A stretch of DNA of 64,000 nt from Octopus sinensis (GCF_006345805.1 NC_043010.1:15314001-15378000); one strand, 5' to 3'; positions 26,515 to 39,680 are shown, counted from the first letter of the stretch. Notes: a model not told the origin generated them from the letters alone. A program made the numbers and translations.

Positions 26515-26950
26515 CGTGTGTGTATTCACGGAAGTGCCCGTCAGCCGGGCTTGCCCGAGGTGCGTTCAGGACGACGAAAACGTTCTGCACGCACTCGTCC
26601 AGTGCCGGAGTATTGCTGACCTGTGGGTTTATGTCGAACAGCTGCTGTCGCGTGTAGGACGGATCCGGCTATCAGCTGATTCCATAGTGAAGATTGCACT
26701 GCCGACCTACTTAAAACCGAGAGGGAAAGGCAATGAAGAAAACTTCGATCTAGGTTAGAAACCCATTCTTTCACTATTGGCAAGAAATCTTCAAATAAAC
26801 TTAATAATGACATACTAACAAACAAAAATGCCCTGTTGTTGATGTTGAAATTCCAATGAAGGGGCCTTGGATCTGGATTGGAAACCGGTTCTTTCTCTAT
26901 TGGCAGGAAATCTTGGAATAAACTGAATAATGACATACATATATGCATAT
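26063..26950 (+). repeat. Direct duplication (period ~553 bp) carrying a Tx1/L1-like CCHC finger fragment
   Basis: Copies start at 26063 and 26616; 26525-26720 encodes CPRCVQDDENVLHALVQC..DLWVYVEQLL. Confidence 0.75.
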
Positions 26951-27555
26951 ACACACGCATACACACTCATATACATGTCGTATTTGCTTGAGTTTAATAC
27001 GGTGAGGAACGTATTGCAAACCCTGTTTCATTCTAAAAGCCACCATTATATTTCATCCCCTAATTTTTATTTTCTTTTAATGCTCGAATTTAATACTACA
27101 ACACAAACAATTGTAATTAATGCGTTACAGCAACTTGCATAGTGGTGGTAGTTATGGTGGTGGTGGTGGTGTTGACTCTAACGATAATGTCATCAAGCGC
27201 TTAAAATGTTTATATAATATGTTTATATTTCATAATATACAAACTACAATAACCTTTCTTCAAAAGAGTGTAATTTGCAACATCGTAAGACAATGTCTCT
27301 TTTTAAGTATTTTTCAGACGACAGAACACAGAACAATAGGAGTTCATCCAAGATATACTAATGAACTATTATTTAACGTGTATAACATATACTACAATAA
27401 ATTATAAACACACCACACTTGCATATATATATATATATATATATACATATGAATACGTTAAACTCATAAATTTGTATATGTTTACATCTTGTATACATCT
27501 ATCTATATATGTGTATATACATTTATGCATGTATGTGTGAGTGTGTTTGTGTGTG

Positions 27556-27623
<68 letters not shown>

Positions 27624-27669
27624 ATCTATCTATCTATCTCTTATCTATATCTATATAATATATATATAC

Positions 27670-27710
<41 letters not shown>

Positions 27711-27926
27711 AAATTGAGGGAGATAATTAATATTAATTTTAATATCAATTTAAACCATTAGTCCAGCATTCAAAAAAATCTGAGGAGTCAGAGAAAATTT
27801 AAATATATGTGTATATTGGCAGGGCTGGCCTGCTAGGTAGCCGGCCAGAATGCTAGAAAAAGATCATCAACGATCAAACTACAAGGGAAAGCCCTGCAAT
27901 ATACAACACACATATATATATATAAT

Positions 27927-27977
<51 letters not shown>

Positions 27978-28109
27978 GTACATGCCTTCTCAGAGGCATG
28001 CATATATCCATATATTCAAATATTCCAGATGTGTGTATGTGAGCAGGCATGTACATATGTATATATATAATATATATAATATTATATATATATATATATA
28101 TAGACTATC

Positions 28110-28479
28110 GCACTCCGTCGGTTACGACGACATGGGTTCCAGTAGATCCAGTCAACGGAACAGCATGCTTGTGAAATTGATGTACAACTGGTTGAGTACT
28201 CCGCAGACACGTCTACCCCATAACATAGTTCTCGGGGATATTCAGCGTGACGCAGAGTGAGACAAGGCTGGCCTTTTGAAATTCAATAGAAACAAGAAGA
28301 AAGTGTGAGAAAAAGTTGTGGTAAAAGAGTATAACAGGGTTCACCACCACCATATGCCGGAAACTCGTGGAGCTTTAGGTGTTTTCGCTCAATAAACACT
28401 CACAACGCTCAGTCTGGGAATCGAAACCGCGATAGACCATCGCGAGTCCGCTGCCCCAACCACTGGGCCATTGCGCCTC

Positions 28480-28480
<1 letters not shown>
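28110..28480 (-). mobile_element. SINE family B
   Basis: Complete but degenerate copy. Confidence 0.88.
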
Positions 28481-28518
<38 letters not shown>

Positions 28519-28542
28519 TTATAAATATATCCACACGCATTC

Positions 28543-28948
28543 ATAGGCACAGGTCCGGTTGTGTGGTAAGAAGCTTGCCTTCCAACCACATGGATCCGGT
28601 TTCAGTCCCACTCCGTGATACCTTGTGTGTTCTTCTATTGCATCTGCCTTACCAAAGCCTTGCGAATCTATTTGGTAGACGGAAACTGAAAGGAATCCGT
28701 CGTATACGTGTGTGTATCTCTGTGTGTGCCTTTGGGCCTGTGCCTATCCTCCTACCATCACTTGAAAACACTGATGCTGGTCTGTTTACGTCCTCGAACT
28801 TAGCAGTTCAGCAAGGAAGTCCGATAGAATAAGAACTAGGCTTATGTATAATAAGTCCAGGGGTCGGTTTCTTCGACTAAAGCTCTTTAAGGCGATGTTC
28901 CAGCATAGCCGCAGAGAAATGATTGAAACAAGTAAAAGGACAAAAGAG
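28543..28948 (+). mobile_element. SINE family A, diverged
   Basis: Head and tail recognisable. Confidence 0.85.
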
Positions 28949-28962
28949 TTCTTGTTTGTCTT

Positions 28963-29023
28963 AATAACTGATGAGATGCCGGAGGAGACTTCAGTCCCGG
29001 CAACTGAAACACTGAGTTTTATT
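28963..29023 (+). ncRNA. Candidate type-I hammerhead with long stem II
   Basis: AATAA-CTGATGA-GATGCCGG...CCGGCAAC-T-GAAA-CACTGAGT-T-TTATT; one extra nucleotide before GAAA, 2-bp stem III. Confidence 0.5.
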
Positions 29024-29114
29024 ATGACAACCAATCGTCACATTATATTTATAGATAAATTCCTCTATCTACAATATATCGATGTCTCATTCATTCCTTT
29101 GTTGTTACGTAGAA

Positions 29115-29470
29115 GCACTCCGTGGGTTACGACGACGAGGGTTCCGGTTGATCCGATCAACGGAACAGCCTGCTCGTGAAATTAACGTGTAAGCGGCTGA
29201 GCACTCCACAGACACGTGTACCCTTAACGTAGTTCTCGGGGATATTCAGCGTGACACAGAGGGTGACAAGGCCGGCTTTTTGAAATACAGGTACAACAGA
29301 AACAGGAAGTAAGAGTGAGAGAAAGTTGTGGTGAAAGAGTACAGCAGGGATCACCACCATCCCTGCCGGAGCCTCGTGGAGATTTAGGTGTTTTCGCCCG
29401 GTCTGGGAATCGAAACCGCGATCCTACGACCGCGAGTCCGCTGCCCTAACCACTGGGCCATTGCGCCTCC
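29115..29470 (-). mobile_element. SINE family B
   Basis: Complete, with a small internal deletion. Confidence 0.9.
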
Positions 29471-29542
29471 TTTGTTGTTATATAATTATTATTAATATAT
29501 ATATATATATATATATATGCGTGTGTGTGTATATATGTGTAT

Positions 29543-29750
29543 GAGTATCCTTTTATTCGTTTACTTCTATCAGTCATTTGACGGTAGTCATGCTGGAGTA
29601 CCGCCTTTAGTCGAAGAAATCGATCACAGGACATATTGATTGTCATCCTAATACTTATTGTATCGGTCTCTAATGCCGAACCGCGGAGACGTAAACACAC
29701 CAACATCGGTTGCCAAGTGATGTTGGCTTACAAACAGGAGACACACACAC
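29543..29750 (-). mobile_element. SINE family A, 3' half
   Basis: Tail module only. Confidence 0.8.
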
Positions 29751-29837
29751 ACGAATATATATATATATATATATATTATATAGTATATATATATTCTCCA
29801 TATATATTCGTATGTATATGTATGTTATGTATGTATG

Positions 29838-29869
<32 letters not shown>

Positions 29870-30004
29870 TGTATGTATGTATGTATGTATGTATGTATGC
29901 ATGTATGTATCTATGTATGTATGTTAAAAGATGATCCTCCCAAAGAGATACACAAGCAAACTGGAACAGAAAGGAGCACAGAATAAGCGCAGAGAGAGAA
30001 AGTA

Positions 30005-30035
<31 letters not shown>

Positions 30036-30059
30036 TATAATATATATACACACACATAT

Positions 30060-30114
<55 letters not shown>

Positions 30115-30213
30115 TATATGTATGTATATATATATATTTATATGTATATATATATGATATATATATGATATATATATTATATATATATTTATTTATATAT
30201 ATATATATGTGTT

Positions 30214-30260
<47 letters not shown>

Positions 30261-30264
<4 letters not shown>

Positions 30265-30420
30265 CTTTCTCTCTCTGCGCTTATTTCTGTGCTCGTTTCT
30301 GTTGAAGAGCGCAGGCTCGAAACGTAAAAGACATTCTCACTGCCCGAGCGTTAAACTAATTCATCTGTTTGTTGTTTACACCCGTCTTCGTCTTTTATTT
30401 TGTTACTCTGTGAATTCCAA
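30261..30420 (+). mobile_element. Penelope-like end family F with HHR-like motif (30294-30331)
   Basis: TTT-CTGTTGAA-GAGC gcag GCTC-GAAA-CGT-A-AAAGA. Confidence 0.6.
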
Positions 30421-30488
30421 TATATATGTGTGTGTGTGTATCTGTGTGTGTGTGTGTGTGTGTATGTGTGTGTGTTTGTGTATCTGTG

Positions 30489-30519
<31 letters not shown>

Positions 30520-31412
30520 TGAATGTGTTTGTGCGCGTGTGTGTGTGTAATAAAAGAAGGAAAATGCACACAGTTTAAATAGTTTTAATATATTTCAAAT
30601 AATTTCGTAAAATATGTAGCAAATACAAGCCTGAACGATGTGATGGGGTTCAATATGCTTTTGTAAAAAAATTTCGTGTGTGGTGTTCCAGCATGGCAGC
30701 AGTTCAATGACCAATTAGTAAAAGAAGTGTTTAAACGAAAATGATAAAATGAATCTGTAGAGAGCCAAAAAATATAATCCGACCCCGCACCACCATCACA
30801 TACATTTTTTGTTGATCTTTCCGAGCAGGGTCACATATAACGTAGGATTTAACTTAAGTCAATTTTTGACAAGTTTAGAAAATCTAGTCTCTATTGGAAG
30901 TTTCAATAAAATTCGTTGAAGATCTTTTGTTATTAAAACCTTCCCGTGAGAAATCTAAGGTTGACATGTATCTGTTTACATTGGCAAATACGTTAATGGA
31001 GAGTAAACATTGGTTGTAAACGCTTGATTGTGGATTGTTTAATATAGTATTTAACTTCAGCTTCTCGCCATATCTGTTAAGCACTACATTTTAATATTTG
31101 TCCTTTTCTTTTAATTTCTGTTTGTTTATTTTTTTCTCTCAATCTCTGTTACCCTCTCGTGCCTTCTTCTACTGTTAGTGTAAAAATGTAATATCAAGAT
31201 GTCGAACACAAGTCGTTAAAGTTAAAGCATATACGCGAATGCATAATTGCTACATGTTCGAACTCTTAGCAGACCCACATACACTACAATGTTACAATAC
31301 AACATCCAGTGAATTCTAAATACTATATGCATACAAGACCGTATCGATATTGCATGTCCCAGATTGTAGTGATATCCTATTCAGTAAACTATAACCCCAC
31401 AACAATTTTTTT

Positions 31413-31632
31413 GTTTCTTTATTACCCACAAGAGGCTAAGCATAGAGGGGACACACAGAGACAGACAAACGGATTAATTCGACTACATCGACCCCAGTGC
31501 GTAACTGGTACTTAATTTATCAACCCTGAAAGGATGAAAGGCAAAGTCGACCTCGGCGGAATTTGAACTCAGAACGTAGCGACAGACGAAATACGGCTAC
31601 GCATTTCGCCCGGCGTGCTAACGGTTCTGCGA
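31413..31632 (-). mobile_element. SINE family C
   Basis: Reverse complement of the 18563-type element. Confidence 0.88.
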
Positions 31633-31986
31633 GTACAAAATTAAAACCTAGCAATGCCACTTGAATCATGATGTAAACGAAATAAAAATACGTATACAAA
31701 GTTACTTAAACTGTATGGATACCATCGATGAGAGATAAAATATGGCAGATAATCATGTAACCTATACGCCCCCGTCGATCAAGGTTAACCGTAATTATCA
31801 CGTCCTGTTAGTCTGTCCCTCAGGGTGGAGTTTCTCAGGGCTGTAGCGTCCCATGTAAGAATGACAATTATTATCGAAGAGGTCTCATTTGTGTGAAGTT
31901 CCGAGTCTGTGTAGGAACAGTCGTTTCTGCAATGTTTTTTTTATCTGCTGCAATATCCACCATTTTCCCGTTTTTAATTAACAAGT

Positions 31987-32239
31987 GTAAGAGCCTCTCT
32001 ACGCTTGGTGCCAATGCCTAGTGTCAGATGTAAGAGCCTCTCTACGCTTTGTGCTAATGCATGGTGTCAGATGTAACAGCCTCTCTACGCTTGGTGCCAA
32101 CGCCCAGTGTCAGATGTAAGAGCCTCTCTACGCTTGGTGTCAATGCATGGTGTCAGATGTAACAGCCTCTCTACGCTTGGTGCCAATGCCTAGTGTCAGC
32201 TGTAAGAGCCTCTCTTCACTTGGTGCGATTGCCCAGTGT
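31987..32239. repeat. 43-bp minisatellite, ~5.9 copies
   Basis: Units start at 31987, 32030, 32073, 32116, 32159, 32202 (GTAAGAGCCTCTCTACGCTTGGTGCCAATGCCTAGTGTCAGAT). Confidence 0.95.
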
Positions 32240-32802
32240 TTTCATGCTCTCCCTGTTATCATTTTCCACGGAGGAAGTCTTTGGACACGCAGACATCCAC
32301 CATACACCTGAGGTGACCCAGCCAGAGTAGCCTGCACTTCTAAGAAATGTGTACATGCCGGAGAGGACAATGTGAGTCATAGCTATAGGGTTGGTCATTT
32401 TATCTTGCTAAAATATACTCATTATTCAGTGAGAAGATAATCTCAGATAATCTCAGAAGGTAATCCTTCTTTCCTATCTGATGTAGGTTATCCACACCTT
32501 ACTGTTTGATGCTTGTGGTCAAACAGTAATGTTGTTGTTCACTACTGTTTAGTCTTTTATAACCTTTAGCTTGCTATTTGCATTCTTAGTGAAACCGACG
32601 AACGCTGTTGAATTCCTAATCCTGTTATAGATTTTTATATCCAACAGGAGGTTGCTACAGTTATTACTTATGGTCAACGTATAGTAGATGAATTGGTGGA
32701 CAACCACCATTTTATAATTAACGATGGTGCGCATGTCATGTAGAGTTTTCTGGGTTCTGTTTCAAGGTGCTTGTCTTCTTCAGACCAATGAACCTTGCTC
32801 TT

Positions 32803-32902
32803 NNNNNNNNNNNNNNNNNNNNNNNNNNNNNNNNNNNNNNNNNNNNNNNNNNNNNNNNNNNNNNNNNNNNNNNNNNNNNNNNNNNNNNNNNNNNNNNNNN
32901 NN
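32803..32902. other. Assembly gap (100 N)
   Basis: Run of N. Confidence 1.
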
Positions 32903-34073
32903 TCAGCAAAGAGACCGATAGAATAACTACCAGGCTACAAAGAATAAGTCCTGAGATTGATTTGTTCGACTAAAACCCTTTAAAGTAGTGTTCCATCATG
33001 ACTGCAATCAAATGACTGAAACTAGTAAAAGAGTTAAAATAATTAAAAAAAAAACTAGTTAAGAATGATGGAGACTGACGACATGAGGCGAAGAAGGGCG
33101 CACAGGAACTTGGAATACCGAAACCTACTCAGGTTCCTCCACGAAAAAATTGCTTAAACTGTGCTGTAAATTGAGGTATAGTCAAATCCTATTTTATGGA
33201 CTCAACCATGTTCTAAAATAAGTCGAAAGGTAAGCTACAATAAATCGGCACGAACTTTCCGGACAATCCAATAATATCAAACTGTAAACAAATGAAATAT
33301 TGGCGGTATTCTGCTTTTAGCTCCTCATATAACCCCTCACAACTTTTTAATCTTTTGGAATTTTGAGAAAATTTGTGCGAATTTGTATTGTTCACACGAG
33401 AATTCATGTGATTATGGAAAAAGAAAAAAAAAATGGTGCAAGATTTAAGGCCTATTAATAAGCGAAAAATGACCACAGTTCGATAACAGCTTGGCTTGTT
33501 ACTATAGAAACAGGTACCTATATGTCTGTGGTTTTTGACTGGTTAAAATTACCCCAAATTTGCAAACTTTAAAAGCGATTAACTCTTTCTTTTTATCGAT
33601 CCTCAGCGAAAATGAATTTTATGTCAATAATTACCATACAAAACTACATCAATACACCAAATATGAAATTAATTTGAACAAAATGGAAGAAATTGGAAAG
33701 AGGCAGGTAAACAGAAAAGATCCAAGTAAAAACAAACATTCTTGATGTAAATAGAATTGTAACAGAATAGAAGACGAATTTCGGGTGGCGGCGGGGCTAG
33801 TCGATTGATCGACCACAGTGTTCAATTGGTACATAATTAATTTATCAATCCCAGCAGGATGAAAGGCAAAGTCGTAAACTCAGAGCGTAACAACCGATGA
33901 AATGCCGCTAAGCATTTTAACCGGCGTGGTAACGTTTCTACCAGCTCACCTATTTTGAATAGAAGACAAAGAATGGTTTAAAATCTTGGCAGAAGGCCAC
34001 TAATTTCGGGGGAGGGTGGGCTTGTCGATTACTCAGACTCCAGTATTCAGCTGGTACATAATTACCAGTGTTC

Positions 34074-34500
34074 GGATCTTTTCGGTTTGAACGGCAGTTT
34101 TTTCTAGCGGTGTCATATGAAATTGTCACCCATAATTATGACCCTAGAATCGATCTATTGCATTTCAATCTGTTTTAGGGTTAGGGTTAGGGTTAGGGGT
34201 GGGGGAAGGGTCTCTTTTTTTCTTCACAAATGTAAATAAACCCAATCTGTTTCTTAAACGGGGGACATATTCATGCGGCACAGAATGTCTTTTTCACCTC
34301 AATAGACGTCAGTGATTGGTTGAAATTGCAGAAATTGAAGAGATAAAAAAAAAACAAATATCTTACAAACTATAGAAGTTTCTCAATAAAGCCAAGAGAA
34401 AAAGATGTTTTATAAACACATTCTACCAGTATACGAAGTTTAAAAGTTTTTAGTTACCTAGAAATTATGTTAAAAACTGCCGTTCAAACCGAAAAGATCC
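34074..34500. mobile_element. MITE with ~28-bp TIRs and internal (TTAGGG)4, inserted in a SINE C
   Basis: GGATCTTTTCGGTTTGAACGGCAGTTTT...AAAACTGCCGTTCAAACCGAAAAGATCC; inverted second copy at 60347. Confidence 0.9.
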
Positions 34501-34810
34501 CAGTACATAATTACTAGTAAGTAATTATCGACTCCGAAAGGATGGAAAGCAAAGTCGACCTCGGGCGGAATTTGAACTCAGAACGTAAAAACGGATGAAA
34601 TGTCGTTCAGCAATTTTTATCTGATGTGATCTTCTTTAGAACAGAATACAAATAGTAACATTGCATTTCGTCCTTCAAGGGTCGTTGAAATAAATACGAG
34701 TCAAGCACTGAGGTCAACTTAATATTCCCACCTCTCTGTCCTTCTCTTTCTCCCTCTTACCACCTTCAGCAATGATCCCCACATCACCCCGCCCTCTCTC
34801 TGTCTCCCCC

Positions 34811-34909
<99 letters not shown>

Positions 34910-35294
34910 CACTACCTTCAGAAGTGACCCTCCCCATCCACTCAAGATACATTTCCCTCTCTCTCTCTCTCTCTCTTTGTTTTCTCTCCTCTCTCGTTTC
35001 TTTCATGTTCTCTCTTCTTTTTACTCTCCCTCCTACCTCGCGATGTCTCTCTCTCTCTCTTCTCTCTCTCTCTCTTTGTTTTCTCTCCTCTCTCGTTTCT
35101 TTCATGTTCTCTCTTCTTTTTACTCTCCCTCCCACCTCGCGATGTCTCTCTCTCTCTCTCTCTCCTTCTCTCTCTCCTTGCCTCCCTTCCTCCTACCCCA
35201 TTTCTCTCTCTCTCTCTCCCTTTCTCTTTCTCAAAGTAAAGAGGTCGGTATTGCTGAAGTATTTCGATCCTCTGCTCTACCATTTATACCAAAA

Positions 35295-35705
35295 TCCACC
35301 ACCACCACACCACCACCACCACCACCACCACAACCATCACCACCACCACCACCACCACCACCACCACCACCACCACCACCACAACCACAACAACCATCAC
35401 CACCACAACCATCACCACCACCACCACACCACCACCACCAACCACCACCACCACCACCACCACCACCACCACCACCACCACCACCACCACCACAACCACC
35501 ACAACCATCACCACCACAACCATCACCACCACCACCACCACCACCACCACCACCACCACCACCACCCCACCACCACCACCACCCCACCACCCCACACCAC
35601 CACCAACCACACAACCATCACCACCACCACCACCACCACAACCACCACCACCACCACCACCACAACCACCACCACCACCACCACCACCACCACCACAACC
35701 ACTAC
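35295..35705. repeat. (CCA)n tract with recurring ACAACCATCA interruptions
   Basis: Direct reading. Confidence 0.95.
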
Positions 35706-35879
35706 CGGACGTCACTTGATGGCGTGAACAATGTAATTTAATTGGCTGCTACTGCTGCTCTCTTTCTCATTGTTAATTTGTTTTTTCTTTTGTTTTAATG
35801 TTTTTTTTGGTGATATTGTTTTACATTCATCGTTGCTTTTGTTGCTTATTGTTGATTATATCTGCTTAACAACATATAT

Positions 35880-35881
35880 CC

Positions 35882-35913
<32 letters not shown>

Positions 35914-35977
35914 TTATCTATCTATCTGTCTGTCTATCTATTTATCTATCGATCTATCTATCTATCTGTCTATCTGG

Positions 35978-36032
<55 letters not shown>

Positions 36033-36124
36033 CTATCTATCTATCTATCCATCTGTCTGTCTGTCTATCTATCGATCTATCTATCTATCTATCTATCTCT
36101 CTATCTATCTATCTGTATATCTGG

Positions 36125-36214
<90 letters not shown>

Positions 36215-36239
36215 GTTTGTCTGTCTATCTATCTGTCTG

Positions 36240-36310
<71 letters not shown>

Positions 36311-36365
36311 GTCTATCTGTCTGTCTATCTATCTACCTACCTATCTATCTATCTATCTATCTTAT
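35880..36365. repeat. (TCTA)n/(TCTG)n microsatellite
   Basis: Direct reading. Confidence 0.95.
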
Positions 36366-36449
36366 CTATCCATCCCGTATACTCTACCCAGCGTATGTAT
36401 GTGTGAACCAGTACCCGTCAATCTACTACTACTACATCAAAGTAAAGTC

Positions 36450-36960
36450 ATCTCCCACCACCTAGCTTGTTGCACTCACTTCAACCAGAGGAAACCTGAG
36501 ATATCTTTAGCCAAGTGTTTCAGCGTAACTGAAACCAAATGTATTTGTTTACGATCGACCGATGGAGGGCAAGGTGCAGGGGACAGTGAACTGAGCAACG
36601 ATCGAATTGCTTTGAAAATATTAGATGACATCTTAAAAACTAATTTGATGGTTCAAGTTTGATGTTTGACGACTCCAAATCGATTTACAAGAAGGACTTT
36701 ACTAGTTTCTTCCTATGCCGATATATGGATGCAATCTCGGGACACACACGCTCTTTCTCCCCCTGTATCTCACAGACGTATACATTTATTATACCCTCCT
36801 GTAGAGATAGTTGTTCGAGGATTTGTTGGAACTAGGGTTCGCTCTATGTTCATGAGTCTTAGACTAGTTATGAAGGAGACAAAAGATATCAGAGAATTGT
36901 CAGAAGCTGCTGACAAGGCTAATCATTACATATGACTCAGGACAGAAGATGAGTTCTGTG
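36450..36960 (+). mobile_element. HERO/NeSL-like RLE LINE 3' remnant
   Basis: YPPVEIVVRGFVGTRVRS...IRELSEAADKANHYI resembles the C-terminus of HERO-type elements (from recall). Confidence 0.5.
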
Positions 36961-37071
36961 GCAAGAACAAGCATTGAGGATGGTAGAAACAGCTGACCCA
37001 GAGTCACAACATATATGTATACAGCATATATGTACACATATATACATACATATGCATATACGCCATGTTGA

Positions 37072-37272
37072 TTCGCTAGCTTCTGCACTCATTTTTTTTT
37101 CTCTCCTTGTTTCTTCTCCGTGTTTCTTTTCTGTGTATCTTTCTGTTGAAGAGCGTAGGCTCGAAACGTAAAAGACTTGTTTTATTTATATTCCTGAGCG
37201 CCATACTAATACAATTGTTTGTTTGTATTCCACCTGCCTTCGTCTTTTGTTTATTTTCATAAAGCTTCCCGT
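37072..37272 (+). mobile_element. Penelope-like end family F with best-preserved HHR-like motif (37138-37175)
   Basis: TCTTT-CTGTTGAA-GAGC gtag GCTC-GAAA-CGT-A-AAAGA. Confidence 0.65.
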
Positions 37273-37308
37273 TATACATGCATGAGGAATATTTGAATAT
37301 ACGGACAA

Positions 37309-37521
37309 CGAAAAACCTGGCTGATGACAGTCAAGGCTGATCTGGAACCCAACCTAGGTCCCCATATCTACGGCGTTCGCCGCTGGAATAAGGAGTGGCT
37401 GGAGATCACGCGGCCGTTAGCCTCAAGTCGCCAGGCCTGGTCGGCGTCTGTGAGAGATGCAGCATTGAGGATGAGTGAAGCCAGCTCAACCCACCCCGGG
37501 TGAATGCTGTCAAGTCAAGTC
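37309..37521 (+). mobile_element. RTE-clade LINE extreme 3' end
   Basis: RKTWLMTVKADLEPNLGPHIYGVRRWNKEWLEITRPLASSRQAWSASVRDAALRMSEASSTHPG* followed by (CAAGT)n tail. Confidence 0.8.
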
Positions 37522-37699
37522 ATATATACATACACACACATACACACAGACAGAGAGCGAAAAAAGTACTAATAAGAATAAATGTAACTAGTATCAAACT
37601 ATTATGGATTATACTAGATCAGTGTACCGCGGCACACTGGTGTGACACGAAACGATGCTAGGTGTGCCGCAATGTAACCTGAATATGATTGTTTCCCCT

Positions 37700-37853
37700 A
37701 TACGAGCAAATCGACCCAGGGACTTATTCTTTGTAAGCCCAGTACTTATTCTATCGGTCTCTTTTGCCGAACCGCTAGGTGACGGGGTCGTAAACACACC
37801 AGCATCGGTTGTCAAGCAATGCTAGAGGGACAAACTCAGACACACAAACATAT

Positions 37854-37891
<38 letters not shown>

Positions 37892-38047
37892 GACAGGCTT
37901 CTTTCAGTTTCCGTCTACCAAATACACTCACAAGGCATTGGTCGGCCCGGGGCTATAGCAGAAGACACTTGCCCAAGATGCCACGCAGTGGGACTGAACC
38001 CGGAACCATGTGGTTGGTTAGCAAGCTACTTACCACACAGCTACTGC
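37700..38047 (-). mobile_element. SINE family A
   Basis: Family A body and head. Confidence 0.9.
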
Positions 38048-38746
38048 ATATATTTTTGAAAAGAAAATAAATGTACCGCAAGTGAAAAAATGCTGCGTAG
38101 TACAGCAATAGACCATCATAAACTGTGGCATAATACCTGCTGCAAACACTTTATCATTGCAACGTGTATGAGCCGAGCATCTGTTTTTCTCTAGCAGAAG
38201 TACACCAAGAAACTCATAGTAGGCCTCTTTTTTGGATTCAAGAACATCAAGTACATCCATTCGGTTCTCTCTGACCAGACACGGTCAGCAAATAGTACTT
38301 TGTGAAAGATTCCAAGGTGTTCAGGAAGAGAGAAGGCCAGAACTCTTCCACTCGGTTCGGTGGCACCTGCACCAGTACAGTGGTGTTAGTATCGACCCCG
38401 AATGAATGAAAGGCAAATTGAACTCGGCGGGATTTGAACTCAGAGAAGTGAACAGAAAATTGGAATAAACGCCACGCGGCATTTTATCCAACAATGTAAC
38501 GAATCTACTACTTTGCTATGTGTGTATGTATGTATGTTTGTTTATATATATCATGTATTTGTGTGTATGCGTGTGTACATACATATACACACACATACAT
38601 ACATACATACATGCATACATCCATCCATACATACATACATACATGCATACATACATACCACACACATACATGCATACATAGATACCACACACATATCTAT
38701 ATATATACATACATTATACATATTTATATAGATAATATATATATAC

Positions 38747-39162
38747 ATAGGCGCAGGAGTGGCTGTGTGGTAAGTAGCTTGCTAACCAACCACATGGTTC
38801 CGGGTTCAGTCCCACTGCGTGGCACTTTGGGCAAGTGTCTTCTACTATAGCCTCGGGCCGACCAAAGCCTTGTGAGTGGATTTGGTTGACGGAAACTGAA
38901 AGAAGCCTGTCGTATATATGTATATATATGTATATGTATGTGTGTATATGTTTGTGTGTCTGTGTTTGTCCCTCTAGCATTGCTTGACAACCGATGCTAG
39001 TGTATTTACGTCCCCGTCACTTAGCGGTTCGTCAAAAGAGACCGATAGAATAAGTACTGGGCTTACAAAGAATAAGTCCCGCGGTCGATTTGCTCGACTA
39101 AAGGTGGCGCTCTAGCATGGCCGCAATCAAATGACTGAAACAAGTAAAAGAGAGTAAAGAGA
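38747..39162 (+). mobile_element. SINE family A, full length
   Basis: Head to AAGAGAGTAAAGAG tail. Confidence 0.92.
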
Positions 39163-39281
39163 GTATACATATACATATATACACAAATATACTCATTTGT
39201 TTTGAAGTTTGTGTTCCGTTGTATTAAATATACTCATCCACCTGCTTTGGAGAATGAATTAGACAGAAAGAGACGGTTAGC

Positions 39282-39337
<56 letters not shown>

Positions 39338-39404
39338 TCAAAGGCGGAAAACAGCCGGACTCAATCAGGAAGACCTGGACGCAAGAAAATTAATACATTA
39401 AGGT

Positions 39405-39680
39405 TATTAAATCAATCACAAGAAGTGAGACAAGAGAGACGAGCGCAAGACGCAAGAAGACAGGCTCGAAGACGTCAAAATGAAAAGGGGCACGTAATTG
39501 CACAAAGGAGAGATATCCGAAGGGAGAGAGAGAGAGAGAGCAGTACAAAAGCGCCAAGCTGAAACAGAAGAGCAAGCAGCAGTGAGGAGAGAAGATACAA
39601 GAATGAGAGCATCGCAAAAGCAACGAAGATGAAACGGAAGAGGAAGCAGCAGAAATGAGAGAAATCGAAAGAGAGAGAAC
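39405..39680 (+). pseudogene. Charged repeat coding remnant, possibly Helitron N-terminal (STPR-like) repeats
   Basis: EVRQERRAQDARRQARRRQNE / RQAETEEQAAVRRED / NETEEEAAEMRE; similar tract at 41130-41340. Confidence 0.3.

Noticed and set aside
31987-32239. CRISPR-like array
   Set aside because: Units are contiguous with no unique spacers, no cas genes, eukaryotic context.
34175-34198. Telomere or chromosome fusion site
   Set aside because: Only four TTAGGG units, internal to a MITE that recurs at 60347.
38030-38280. ORF with YYEFLGVLL as an RT fragment
   Set aside because: A single short motif; not enough to assign.
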